From NCBI GenBank assembly GCA_963770895.1, contig CAVYRF010000001.1:2080001-2144000 (forward strand): a DNA stretch of 64,000 nucleotides, read 5' to 3'. Made by a program: the position numbers and the translations under genes. Source of the stretch: an uncultured Acidobacteriota bacterium (lineage in GTDB: Bacteria > Acidobacteriota > Thermoanaerobaculia > Multivoradales > UBA5704). Positions 11,601 through 19,229 of the stretch are shown piece after piece (the first letter of the stretch is position 1; the number at the start of each line of letters is the position of its first letter). Below the pieces are notes generated by a model, which ran no database searches, was not told the DNA's origin, and saw only the letters and a program-made list of their open reading frames with translations.

Positions 11601-11907
11601 GGCGGAGGAGATCGAGCGGCTGGGCTTCCGCCCCCTGTCCGTCCAGGAGGCGGGGGTCTTTGGCTTCGACTTCGCCATCGAGGACCCGCGGACCGGCCTC
11701 TTCGGCATCGCGATCGAGTGCGACGCGCCGCGCCATCCACTGCTCGACCGGGCGCGCCCGCGCGAGGTCTGGCGGCCCGGCGTGCTGCGGCGCTCGATCC
11801 CCGCCGTCCACCGCGTCTCGTCGCGCGGCTGGTGCCAGGCGCCGGCCGAGGAGAAGGCGCGGCTGCGCGCGGCGATCGAAGCAGCCCTCTGCGGGGAGGC
11901 GGCATGA
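5671..11907 (+). CDS. Zn-ribbon + degenerate Ser/Thr kinase-like + DUF4011 + SF1 (UPF1-like) helicase + Vsr-like nuclease fusion
   Basis: ATG 5671 after GAGGAG. Zn ribbons CPAC and CPNGH..CGRC. Kinase motifs HRDLRP, APE, SDWWSLG. DUF4011-like LYLGFPFL..APVLLWPV. Helicase GPPGTGKSQT, DEASQ, GDEKQMPP, HYRS, QGDERD, RRLNVAVTRA. C-terminal DFAI..IAIECD. Confidence 0.85.
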   Translation: MIRFCPACATERSPSEVFCEGTIDGRPCDWNLSEVPLRPAGWRPSPEGELEPVPAPSGVCPNGHPLEPGDLLCGRCGADLTTTEPSASGTALREGEPAGGAATPSIPGWRIEHRIAADSQVQERYAAVREADGHRAVLTVYSEGHEPDAEVYEVLRTLDREHVPDLLETGRWDGRAYELSEDLRGGTLAEVGLLPDDLGTLSRIVSELGRALHALSEHGLRHRDLRPSAILVRTREPLDLVLTSFGSALLSDYDLDTVSPLETTRYTAPEAALGAVAAASDWWSLGILLLEQVTRGACFAGVNDQAFLIHVLTHGAPIPEGLAPEVDLLLRGLLTRDRRERWGWPEAQRWLAGESPSVSASARPAAETRGTRTLQLGGTDYASPTAFAFAAAEAANWDEARTLLARGAVATWAEEAGFDGRLQADLRHLAHVDDLSDDLRLTLAVRALNPAMPLVLRGEIVTPGWLLDHPDEGYAMIAGSAPDRLARNDADVWLSRMKARALQVRERAEQLGIALDETELRLYLLATSRSRLAAIWRERCRLLPDTDHPGLVALMERRQTTDEDYIVLLAADVGQFRTADAVVVDAARAAADVGVESFDAAAARARLEKPRREIYSEIEQRLAGFSRCDRARIDEWADSFRIERRLPLPRALALLAVPADSWREPPRQAYVATLLDFFGKRITNALVRGPLTRMLVGKNAARLDLTELDGERRSAAALLDHLLRRGALAIDLDPAVFRDDPTLERRLRTLHSHAMLYRRDTGIDGLYLGFPFLLLQENRTSVKPRIAPVLLWPVRLRPETGARARIDVAFDDDRQEVRLNPAFALLLGADAARRWEEAARDLLGRASLTAGGVLDAFAGLAAVEGRSLVPLPGKDAKVEPGADRLVCAAVLFNLSFLGQAVLEDLRQLRAIPPAGTGLEKAFRVGGRVERSSLEPVRERDRYLTADSDPSQERAVLEARTGSGLVVEGPPGTGKSQTIVNMVADAIGRRRSLLVVCQKQAALEVVHKRLEAEGLGGRVMMLNDVNKDRLPIIRAVREQLEALMARLAGEAGWRQQRQQLAGRIEVLEADLDRHHEALHAADPATGLSYRLVLGDLISAETGERPPIDVPRLRLVLGSVGPSNVAHLQETCGPLAGLWLAAEFEDSPLAGLRPFASDAGTVAAFADDLAAFAKRDRERCDVLARTADAIEADDPDACRSWKALHAETFRSLDEAARERLARWLPRLTRERDEEWRRETAELEAVAQGIAALTAGPSDAPSARVARGLSTPDLGTIDGLTETALPASFFARFSLSRFRKRRQLLTFLRSAGLADPLALRAAVRDEIAVRPFRDRLAATRARLGEPPLPLEERPPAVLAATARTLGAWLAEAAQLAARLLEHPRRAAAWAMAGAAAREAFDRFLDRVEQGLERHRAQQASLAALASLATWFEEPWLADRRREIGSGMEWRDGTTAFIPQRVAAYQRFRSRARELSPLALDAFRALRTVAPALRQLPDGALDGEVRRIFARESRLAWKAHLEGERPALLFEAAELEAKREALAAADREMRTLNRRWVAEGIDMAKVRPLREWEDITRLSGQRTRRLREFLDRGVELGLMALRPVWLMNPDVASRVLPLRGGLFDAVIYDEASQMPIEYAVPSLYRSRVMIVSGDEKQMPPSAFFSSRVANDEGEPFAGDGAEEGASEQEREELAATWDRREIKDCPDLLQLARSVLPITTLQIHYRSAYSELIQFSNASFYANGLSVPVRHPEAEVRRVRPIELLQVDGVYQEQTNRAEAERVVAVVAEQWKVPAAERKSIGVVTFNRKQADLIEERLEARAQEDPAFRAALAEERDRVEKGEDVGFFVKNVENVQGDERDVIVFSSTFGRNAQGTFRRSFGVLGQVGGERRLNVAVTRAREKVVLVTSMPIPLISDFLATLRQAESPRDYLQAYFEYARALSSGELERARSLLGRLAPGRDGRGPRTPTAVDLDGFQQAVAEEIERLGFRPLSVQEAGVFGFDFAIEDPRTGLFGIAIECDAPRHPLLDRARPREVWRPGVLRRSIPAVHRVSSRGWCQAPAEEKARLRAAIEAALCGEAA

Positions 11908-13241
11908 GCGGTCCCAAGGTCGTCCGTATCGTGAGCCGGGAGGAGATCCTCGCCTTGTGCCGCGGGTTGCTGGCGCGGGTCGACGCGGCGCTCGCGGAAT
12001 GGGCCGGCGCCGACGGGGTGGGCGAGGCCGACCTCGCGGTGGCGCGGAGGCGGCGGGAGGATCTGGGTCGCCTGCTCGACGCCGGCAGTTTCCTCGACCT
12101 CCAGAAGCAGGCGCCCCGCGAAGAGGCGTTCCTGCGCTCCGACCGCACGGCGAGGGCTGCTCGGGCCGCCGCCGCAGCCGCGCAGGAGCGGGCGGTGGAA
12201 CGGCGCCGCAGCGAGGCCGGCCGTGCGCTGCTCGCGGCGCTCCATCGCCAGGGAGCCGCGCTCGACCCGCAACTCGAACGGGCATTGGACGCGGTGGCAG
12301 GTGGTGCACTCGATCCCGTCGCGATGCGCCGCGGCTTCGCCCTTTTGACCGCCGGGAGCGGGGCGGAGGTTGGCCTGGACCGCGAGCGGGCGCGGAGCCT
12401 GAAGGAGGGAGACGATCGAGCGAGCTTCTCCGACTGGCTCGCCCGGCAGCCGAAACCGCCGTCCGACCCGGCTGTCGAGCGCCTCGAAGCGCGCCTGGCC
12501 GAGTTGGCCGGGGTCGCGGGGCGGGAAGCGGCCGCACTGCTGACGGCGCGCCTGCAACGGGCGCTGGAGGAGGTACCGCCGCGGCGAGGATTGCTGCTCG
12601 ACAGCCTGGAAATGGACCTCGGACCGGCGCTCGCCGAGGCGAGGCGGCGGGCCGACCTCGACCAGGAGATCCGCCTGGTCTTCGCGGAGCTGTCGGAGGC
12701 GGGTTCGCCGGCGCTCGTCACGCTCGCAGAGCGGCGCCGCGCGAGCGACACACCGGAAGCGCTCGACTCTCTCCTCTCCCAGGCCCGCGAGACGCTCACG
12801 CGGGAACGCGAAGCCCGAGGCGCCGCGGCGCGAAGATTGGCCGTCCTCGAAGCTCTCTCCGGTCTCGGCTACGAGGTCAGGGAGGGACTCGCGACCGCCT
12901 GGGTCGAGGAGGGGAGAGTCGTGCTTCGCAAGCCGGCGCAGCCCGGTTACGGCGTCGAGATCTCGGGCGACCCCGCCGCGGCACGTCTGCAGATGCGCGC
13001 CGTCGCGTTGACAGGCGGCACCGCCGGCCCCGATCCGGCCCGCGACCGCGACGCCGAGACCCTCTGGTGCGGCGACGTCGCGGCGCTCCAGACCCGCCTT
13101 GCGGCCGAAGGCGGCGGCCTCACGATCGAGAAGGCGCTGCCGATCGGCGCAACGCCCCTCAAACGCGTCGTCGAGCCGACCGCGTCCCGCACGGAAGCCC
13201 GGGAAGGTCCGGGCCAGCACACGTTCCCGCTGCGGCGCTGA
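11904..13241 (+). CDS. Hypothetical coiled-coil protein, last gene of the AAA/radical SAM/helicase operon
   Basis: ATG 11904 overlaps the helicase stop (ATGA); MSGPKVVRIVSREEIL. Long helical Ala/Arg/Glu-rich body and a globular C-terminus (LGYEV...YGVEI...DAETLWC). Confidence 0.75.
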   Translation: MSGPKVVRIVSREEILALCRGLLARVDAALAEWAGADGVGEADLAVARRRREDLGRLLDAGSFLDLQKQAPREEAFLRSDRTARAARAAAAAAQERAVERRRSEAGRALLAALHRQGAALDPQLERALDAVAGGALDPVAMRRGFALLTAGSGAEVGLDRERARSLKEGDDRASFSDWLARQPKPPSDPAVERLEARLAELAGVAGREAAALLTARLQRALEEVPPRRGLLLDSLEMDLGPALAEARRRADLDQEIRLVFAELSEAGSPALVTLAERRRASDTPEALDSLLSQARETLTREREARGAAARRLAVLEALSGLGYEVREGLATAWVEEGRVVLRKPAQPGYGVEISGDPAAARLQMRAVALTGGTAGPDPARDRDAETLWCGDVAALQTRLAAEGGGLTIEKALPIGATPLKRVVEPTASRTEAREGPGQHTFPLRR

Positions 13242-13326
13242 CGGTCGCGATGAACTATTTGCGGGCAAGCGGGTACAGACTTGCCAAACGGCTCCCTTCG
13301 CTCGGTCGAGCCCCGTGAGGTGGCGT

Positions 13327-15069
13327 ATGTGTGGCAGCAACTTTCTTCGCTGTGCCAAGGCTATCGTCCTCAACGTGCTGTTCGGTCTGGGCGCGGCGTC
13401 GGCGGCATCCGCCGCCAACGTGACGATCCTGGCCGTAGGTGACGGCTACTACTCCCCCGCGGCCTTCTCGCCCAGGAACGTCACCATCCATGTCGGCGAC
13501 ACGATTACCTTCACCAATGCCAGCGCCAACACCGCCTATCCGGGACCGCACAACGTGCACGCCGACGACGAATCCTTCCTCTGCTCGGATAGTTGCACGT
13601 CGCCGCACAATATGCCGAGCACTGACGCCTGGAGCTTCAGCATCACTTTCAGCTCGCCGAAGACCTTCAACTATCACTGCGACCATCACGGCAACTACAA
13701 CCTGGTGGGCATGAGCGGCACCATCACCGTGCTGGGGAACGGCGCGCCGGGGAATCTGGGCTTCAGTTCCGCCACGTACAGCTCCCTGGACAGCGCCGCC
13801 AACGCCTCGATCGCCGTCGCGCGCACCGGCGGCAGCAGCGGCGCCGTGTCTGTCCTCTATGCGACCAGCGACGGCACCGCCCACGCCGGCAGGGACTACA
13901 CCTCGGCCAGCGGCACGCTCAGCTGGGCCGACGGCGACGCGAGCGCCAAGAGCTTCGCCGTGCCGCTCCTGGCAAACGGCAGCGGCACTGTGAACCTCGC
14001 CTTGAGCGCGCCCAGCGGCGGTGCCGCCCTCGCCTCGCCGAGTACCGCCACGCTGACGATCCAGCCGGCGCAGAACGCCGGCACGATCGGCTTCGCCCAG
14101 GCGAGCCAGAGCGTGAGCGAGAGTGCCGGCACCGTGTCCGTCGTGGTCAACCGGAGCGGCGGCAGCGGCGGCGCGACGGTCCACTACGCGACGGGCGGTG
14201 GTACCGCCGTGGCCGGCACCAATTACACCAGCACCGCGGGGACGCTCAGCTGGGCCAGCGGCGACGATGCGTCGAAGAGCTTCACCGTCCAGGTCCTCGA
14301 CGACCACATCGCGGACGGGACCCACACCGTCAATCTCACGCTCAGCGATGCGACCGGCGGCGCCAAGATCAATCCCACTACCGACACCCTGTCGATCACC
14401 GACGCCGACGGCTCGGGCGCCGCTCCCAAGGTCCCCAGCAACCTGGTCGCCACAACGCTCGACACCAGCGACATCAAGCTCGCCTGGACGCTCAACTCCA
14501 CCGACCAGACCGGCCTGGTGATCCAGAGCCGCCGGCTCGACGGCACCTACGCCACGCTCGCCGGCGGTCCGCCGGCCAGCGCCACCAGCTTCACCGTCTC
14601 CGGGCTCACCGCGGCCACCGGTTACGCCTTCCACATCGCGGCGAGCAATGCCTCGGGGGTTTCTGCCTACAGCAACGAGGCCATCGCCTCGACCGATGCC
14701 ACGCCGGCCGCCTGCGTCGCCAACGCCCAGACCCTGTGCCTGGGCGCCTCCGGCCGCTTCCAGGTCCAGGTCGCCTACGTCTCTGCCACGCAGAGCGGCG
14801 AGGCCACCTCTCTGGCCCTGCCGAGCAACCCCGACTCGGGCCTCTTCTACTTCTTCGACTCCGGCAACATCGAAATGCTCATCAAGGTGCTCAACGCCTG
14901 CGCGGCCCCCTTCGATCACTACTGGGTCTTCTTCGCCGCCACCACCAACGTGCAATTCACCGTCACCGTGATCGACACCCAGACCGGAGCCGTGCAGACC
15001 TATTTCAACCCTCTCAACCAGGCGGCGCTCGCCGTCCAGGACACCGCCGCCTTCGCCACCTGCCCCTAG
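13327..15069 (+). CDS. Secreted cupredoxin + 2x Calx-beta + FN3 + conserved C-terminal domain protein
   Basis: Signal peptide. Type-1 Cu-like ligands HNVH...YHCDHHG...MSGTITV. Calx-beta repeats (V.Y.T.DGTA.AG.DY....GTLSW). FN3 ending YSNEA. C-terminus FFDSGNIEMLIKVLNAC...TAAFATCP. Confidence 0.8.
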   Translation: MCGSNFLRCAKAIVLNVLFGLGAASAASAANVTILAVGDGYYSPAAFSPRNVTIHVGDTITFTNASANTAYPGPHNVHADDESFLCSDSCTSPHNMPSTDAWSFSITFSSPKTFNYHCDHHGNYNLVGMSGTITVLGNGAPGNLGFSSATYSSLDSAANASIAVARTGGSSGAVSVLYATSDGTAHAGRDYTSASGTLSWADGDASAKSFAVPLLANGSGTVNLALSAPSGGAALASPSTATLTIQPAQNAGTIGFAQASQSVSESAGTVSVVVNRSGGSGGATVHYATGGGTAVAGTNYTSTAGTLSWASGDDASKSFTVQVLDDHIADGTHTVNLTLSDATGGAKINPTTDTLSITDADGSGAAPKVPSNLVATTLDTSDIKLAWTLNSTDQTGLVIQSRRLDGTYATLAGGPPASATSFTVSGLTAATGYAFHIAASNASGVSAYSNEAIASTDATPAACVANAQTLCLGASGRFQVQVAYVSATQSGEATSLALPSNPDSGLFYFFDSGNIEMLIKVLNACAAPFDHYWVFFAATTNVQFTVTVIDTQTGAVQTYFNPLNQAALAVQDTAAFATCP

Positions 15070-15323
15070 ATCCTGGCGACCCCGGCAGCGGCTGCATAGT
15101 CGTCCGCGAGGCCGGCTCGCGCCTGGCTGGACCTGGCGGCAGCGGCGAGCCGGCGGTGCGCGCCGCGGTGGGGGAGCGCGCTGCACCAGATCCTGGCCGT
15201 CCCACGGCACCTTCGTGCGCCACATCGACGCGGTGGATTGCGGGCGGGTGAGCCAGATCCTGACTCACCCGAGCAAGCCGGTCATCTGCTGGTCGCGCTC
15301 GTCTGGCCTCGGCGCCGCAGATC

Positions 15324-17657
15324 GTGCATACTTGCAAAAGCGATCCAGCGAGAGGTTTTGGCCACGTGCTGACTGAAGACACCGCGAGCGGAGTTCCGGC
15401 CGATGTCGACCTCGACCTGGAGCAGAGGATCCTCGACACCCGACGATTGCTCGTCGTCGGACCCGCCGGATCTGGAAAATCCTTTCGCCTGCGTTCTGCC
15501 AAGGCGCTGCTCGAGCGCCAGGGGCATCTGGCCGTCCTGATCTACCTGCGCGACATCGGCAGGCCGGAGGAGATTGCCGGCCAGGTGGTGCAGAGCTGCC
15601 TGCGCGAGGTCGCGGCCCGCCGGATCAGCCCGCCGCCGGCTCTCGCCCGCTTCACCCAGCCAGCCGCGGCCCAGGGTGTGCCGACGGTGAGCGGCGAGGT
15701 ATTCCGCTCGTTCATCGATGCGCTGCTGCCGCTCCTCAGCCGCGACCGCAGGTTGATCCTGCTGTTTGACGGCATCGACGAAGCGCGCTTTCCACCGCGC
15801 TTTGCGACCTTTCTCGAAACCGTGACGAGCGACCTGCCGCCGCTCATCCACAGCGTGGTCACGGCGCGCTCGACTTTTTTAGCCGAGCGCTTCGCGGCCT
15901 GGGACTCGCTCGCGCTAGGGCCTGCGGCAGCCTGGGCCTGGCGCGAGGCCGCGGAGCTCGATCCCGCCGCGGCAGCGGGGCCGGCATCCGCGCAGCGGCT
16001 GGTCAAGGCACTGGCGCTGTTATCTCCCTCTTCGCTCGCCCTGCTTGTCGCGGCGTCCCGGCTGCAGGAGGAGGATGTCAGGCGGCAGCTGGCCATGGCC
16101 GAAAGCATCGGGCAGGTAACCCTGTACGGCGAGCAGGCCCGCTTTGCGCGGGAGGCGGACCGAGAGCGGGTGGTGCGGGCCCTGCTGATTCCTGCACTGC
16201 GGCTTGAAAACCTGCAGTTTGGAGCGGAGGCGGCGGAGATCGACCGGCTCTTGCAGAGCTGCTTCCAGAATCGCTCCGACCTGGAACTGATCCTCGACGG
16301 CAGAAAGACCGTCATCCTTGGCGACCGCGGAGCCGGCAAGAGCGCGCTGTTCGGGCGCCTCGAGGATAGCGTCGGCGGCGGCGAGACCGGGCGGGGCCTG
16401 GTGGTGGCCAAGGCGCAGGATCCGGCGAACGTATTGCGGACGATGACCGTGGGTGCCGCAGCGGTCGCCTCGCCAGAGGAGTTCAAGGCGATGTGGCTGT
16501 TGTACCTGGCGGCGCTGGCGGCCCGGCAGCTGCAGAGCAAGGGCAGGCCAAGGGATCCGTTGGAAAAACGTCATGCCCGCGCCGCGCGTACGATCCTGCG
16601 CAGTTTTGGCTGGTCGTCCAAGATCCAATCCGAAGGTTGGCTGTCGCGCGCCTGGCACGCCGTCGCCGGAGCAACGACGGCCAAGGTCAAGATCTCGGTG
16701 GGGCCGATCGCCATCGAGCCGACCGGCGCCTTGAACGGCGCCGGCGCCGGGCGCACGCCGCGCCGGCGCTTCGAGGTGTATGACTTTCTGGAGCTCACCG
16801 ACCGGCTGTTGGTGCGGCAGGAGCGGCAGCTTCTGGTTGCCATCGATCAGGTCGATGAGGCGCACAAGTACGAGCGTCCCATCCAGGAGGCGATGATCCA
16901 GGGTCTGATGCTGGCTGAATCCTACATCGCCCAAAGGCAAGCGATGCGCCTCGCGGTCTTTCTGCGCTGCGATCTCTGGGAGACCTACGACATCCAGGAG
17001 AAGAACAAGTTCGTGCTGCGCACCATCTGGCTCAGCTGGGCCGCCCACGAGCTCGAGTCGCTGCTGCTCGACCGGCTCTGCTCGAACCCGTGCTTTGGCG
17101 AGATCGCCGCGATGGTGCGGAACTGTTCGCCGCATCGCGCCGAAGTCACCGTCCGCGCCCTGCGTTGTTTCTTCCCCCCCGAGATCGAACGCACCGCCTT
17201 CCCGGAATGGCTGTTCGCAGGCTTGCGGAACGCACGCGACCGCGTCTCGCCGCGCCAGGTGATCCTGTTTCTCAATCTCTGTCGTGACAGTGCGCTGCGC
17301 GAGGCCCAGAGCGGCAGCGGTCCACGGCAGGATGGTCCCGTCTTCGGTGACCTGCACGTGCGCGAAGCAATGACGCAGCTTTCCGAGCTCAGCTACAACG
17401 AGGTGATCAGCGACTTCCGCGTGGCGAAAGGCTTCGTCAAGAACCTGCGCGCCGCCAACCGGATGGAGTTCGACCTGCAGGAGGTCAATGAGCTGTTCGA
17501 TCCCGTCGACGGGAGCATCGCCGATCAGGTCACCATCCTGGAACGGTTGGGTTTCCTCGGCCGCAAGGTGGACGACGCAGGGGGGCTGCGCTTGCGCTTC
17601 ACCGTCCCGCCTCTCTACACCCGCTGCTGGGAACAGATGGTGGCGGCAACCGGATAG
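15324..17657 (+). CDS. Tandem P-loop NTPase (C-terminal Sll1717-like ATPase)
   Basis: Two Walker A/B pairs: GPAGSGKS...LLFDGIDE and GDRGAGKSALF...AIDQVDE. FGAEAAE motif precedes the second. Start may be GTG 15366. Confidence 0.7.
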   Translation: MHTCKSDPARGFGHVLTEDTASGVPADVDLDLEQRILDTRRLLVVGPAGSGKSFRLRSAKALLERQGHLAVLIYLRDIGRPEEIAGQVVQSCLREVAARRISPPPALARFTQPAAAQGVPTVSGEVFRSFIDALLPLLSRDRRLILLFDGIDEARFPPRFATFLETVTSDLPPLIHSVVTARSTFLAERFAAWDSLALGPAAAWAWREAAELDPAAAAGPASAQRLVKALALLSPSSLALLVAASRLQEEDVRRQLAMAESIGQVTLYGEQARFAREADRERVVRALLIPALRLENLQFGAEAAEIDRLLQSCFQNRSDLELILDGRKTVILGDRGAGKSALFGRLEDSVGGGETGRGLVVAKAQDPANVLRTMTVGAAAVASPEEFKAMWLLYLAALAARQLQSKGRPRDPLEKRHARAARTILRSFGWSSKIQSEGWLSRAWHAVAGATTAKVKISVGPIAIEPTGALNGAGAGRTPRRRFEVYDFLELTDRLLVRQERQLLVAIDQVDEAHKYERPIQEAMIQGLMLAESYIAQRQAMRLAVFLRCDLWETYDIQEKNKFVLRTIWLSWAAHELESLLLDRLCSNPCFGEIAAMVRNCSPHRAEVTVRALRCFFPPEIERTAFPEWLFAGLRNARDRVSPRQVILFLNLCRDSALREAQSGSGPRQDGPVFGDLHVREAMTQLSELSYNEVISDFRVAKGFVKNLRAANRMEFDLQEVNELFDPVDGSIADQVTILERLGFLGRKVDDAGGLRLRFTVPPLYTRCWEQMVAATG

Positions 17658-17726
17658 GCCACCGCGGGCCTCGGCCGGCGCGGCGGAGGGCGCCATACCG
17701 GCGCCCCCACACCTTTCGGTTGCGGT

Positions 17727-19145
17727 CTAGCCGGCGCTGGCGGCTGCCAGCGCTTCGGCTTCCGATGCGCTGGCTGCCTGCTCTTCGAGGTTGATCAGCG
17801 CCCCCTCGGCGTTGACGTCGGCGCGCGGCTGCGCATCCTTGGATGCGACGGCGCCGGCGGCAGGGCCCGGCGGCAGGCCGCGCTGCCCCTTGTTCCTGGC
17901 CAGGTTGTCCATGCCGGCGGCGAGCTGCCGGCGAAACTCGTTGTGCATCGCTTGCAGGGCTTCGACCTTGACCGCGGTCGTGGTGTTGACGGCGCAGTCG
18001 CCGGCCTTGCTCTGGAAGACTTTCACCGCCACCTTGTTGCCGGCGTCGACGCGCTCGTCGACACGCTGGATCATGTCGCCCGCGCTGAGCGAGCAGCTGA
18101 CTCCGGAGTCTGTCACCACATTGAGCGTCGACGCCACCACGAAGTCCTTCTGCTCCGGGTCGAGCGCCGCCGGCAACGCGGAGTCCGCGCCCTGGTCCGC
18201 GCCGGAGCCGGCCTTGCGGGTCAGCTTGCGTACGTTCTCGGCGACCGCCTGCCGCCCTTCCGGCGTGAACGCCGACGGCGATGCCGCTGGCGCTGCATCC
18301 TGCGACGGAGCGGTCGGCGCCGGGGCGCTCGCCTGGCGCAGGTCGTAGTCGGCCCGCATGGTGTTCGCCACGACATAGTCGGCCAGCCAGTAGGAGGCGT
18401 CCGGGTAGACGGCCGCGGGGGCGAAGTAAGCGCCCGCGCCCACCCCCCACGGTGCCGGCCCGAAGTTCCATGAGTACACGATCGGCGCCGGCCAGGGGGC
18501 GACCGCCCAGGCGTAGAAAGCGGGTTGATAGTAGACCGGTGTGACGTAGGCGTCGACGGTCAGTGCGCCGTATTTCGTGACGTGATAGACGCTCACCTCG
18601 CTATGTGCACCGATCACCGTGGTGCGCTGAAAGTACCCCGGCCGCAGCGGCCGATCGACGTAGCCGCGATTGGCGCCGAAGCTCACCACCCGGCCACCGT
18701 TTGGCAGGTTCGCCACGACCACCCGTCCACCGCGCGCATTGCGCGTCAGGGTAAGACCGCGACGGGTGTCGCGCACCATGGCAGGGCGACCGTTGCCGCC
18801 GAACCGCGCCTCGAAACCGTTCCGGGTGACCCTGGTCACCTGGCCATTGGCGTTGATCGTGCGGGTGGTGCCGTTGGCGCTTCTGACCGTGCGTGCCACA
18901 CCGGGGCCGGTACGTCCCCCGGAACCGGCACCGTTCGCCGGCCGCTGTCCGCCGTGGCTGTCGCCGGTCGCCGGCGCCGGCTTCGCCGTCGACGGCTTGG
19001 CGGTCGAAGTTGATGAGGAGCTTGATGAGGATGATGACGAAGATGAGGATCCCGGCTTGCCCTGCGCCAGAGAAGGCAGGAGGAAGCCGCAGACGAGGAG
19101 CATCCATCCCCATTTCGTACTCGCCGACACCGCTGGTTTGGTCAT
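17727..19145 (-). CDS. Secreted hypothetical protein with Ser-rich linker and Tyr/Trp/Pro-rich segment
   Basis: GGAG 7 nt upstream of ATG 19145. Signal peptide WGWMLLVCGFLLPSLAQG, poly-Ser tract, YYQPAFYAWAVAPWP segment. Confidence 0.7.
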   Translation of the reverse strand: MTKPAVSASTKWGWMLLVCGFLLPSLAQGKPGSSSSSSSSSSSSSTSTAKPSTAKPAPATGDSHGGQRPANGAGSGGRTGPGVARTVRSANGTTRTINANGQVTRVTRNGFEARFGGNGRPAMVRDTRRGLTLTRNARGGRVVVANLPNGGRVVSFGANRGYVDRPLRPGYFQRTTVIGAHSEVSVYHVTKYGALTVDAYVTPVYYQPAFYAWAVAPWPAPIVYSWNFGPAPWGVGAGAYFAPAAVYPDASYWLADYVVANTMRADYDLRQASAPAPTAPSQDAAPAASPSAFTPEGRQAVAENVRKLTRKAGSGADQGADSALPAALDPEQKDFVVASTLNVVTDSGVSCSLSAGDMIQRVDERVDAGNKVAVKVFQSKAGDCAVNTTTAVKVEALQAMHNEFRRQLAAGMDNLARNKGQRGLPPGPAAGAVASKDAQPRADVNAEGALINLEEQAASASEAEALAAASAG

Positions 19146-19229
19146 GATCATTCTCCTTTCCCATTGCCGCATCGCTGCATCGAAACTGTGCTTGCACGAG
19201 ACTTCACAATTGCAGCTCACAATTGCTCT

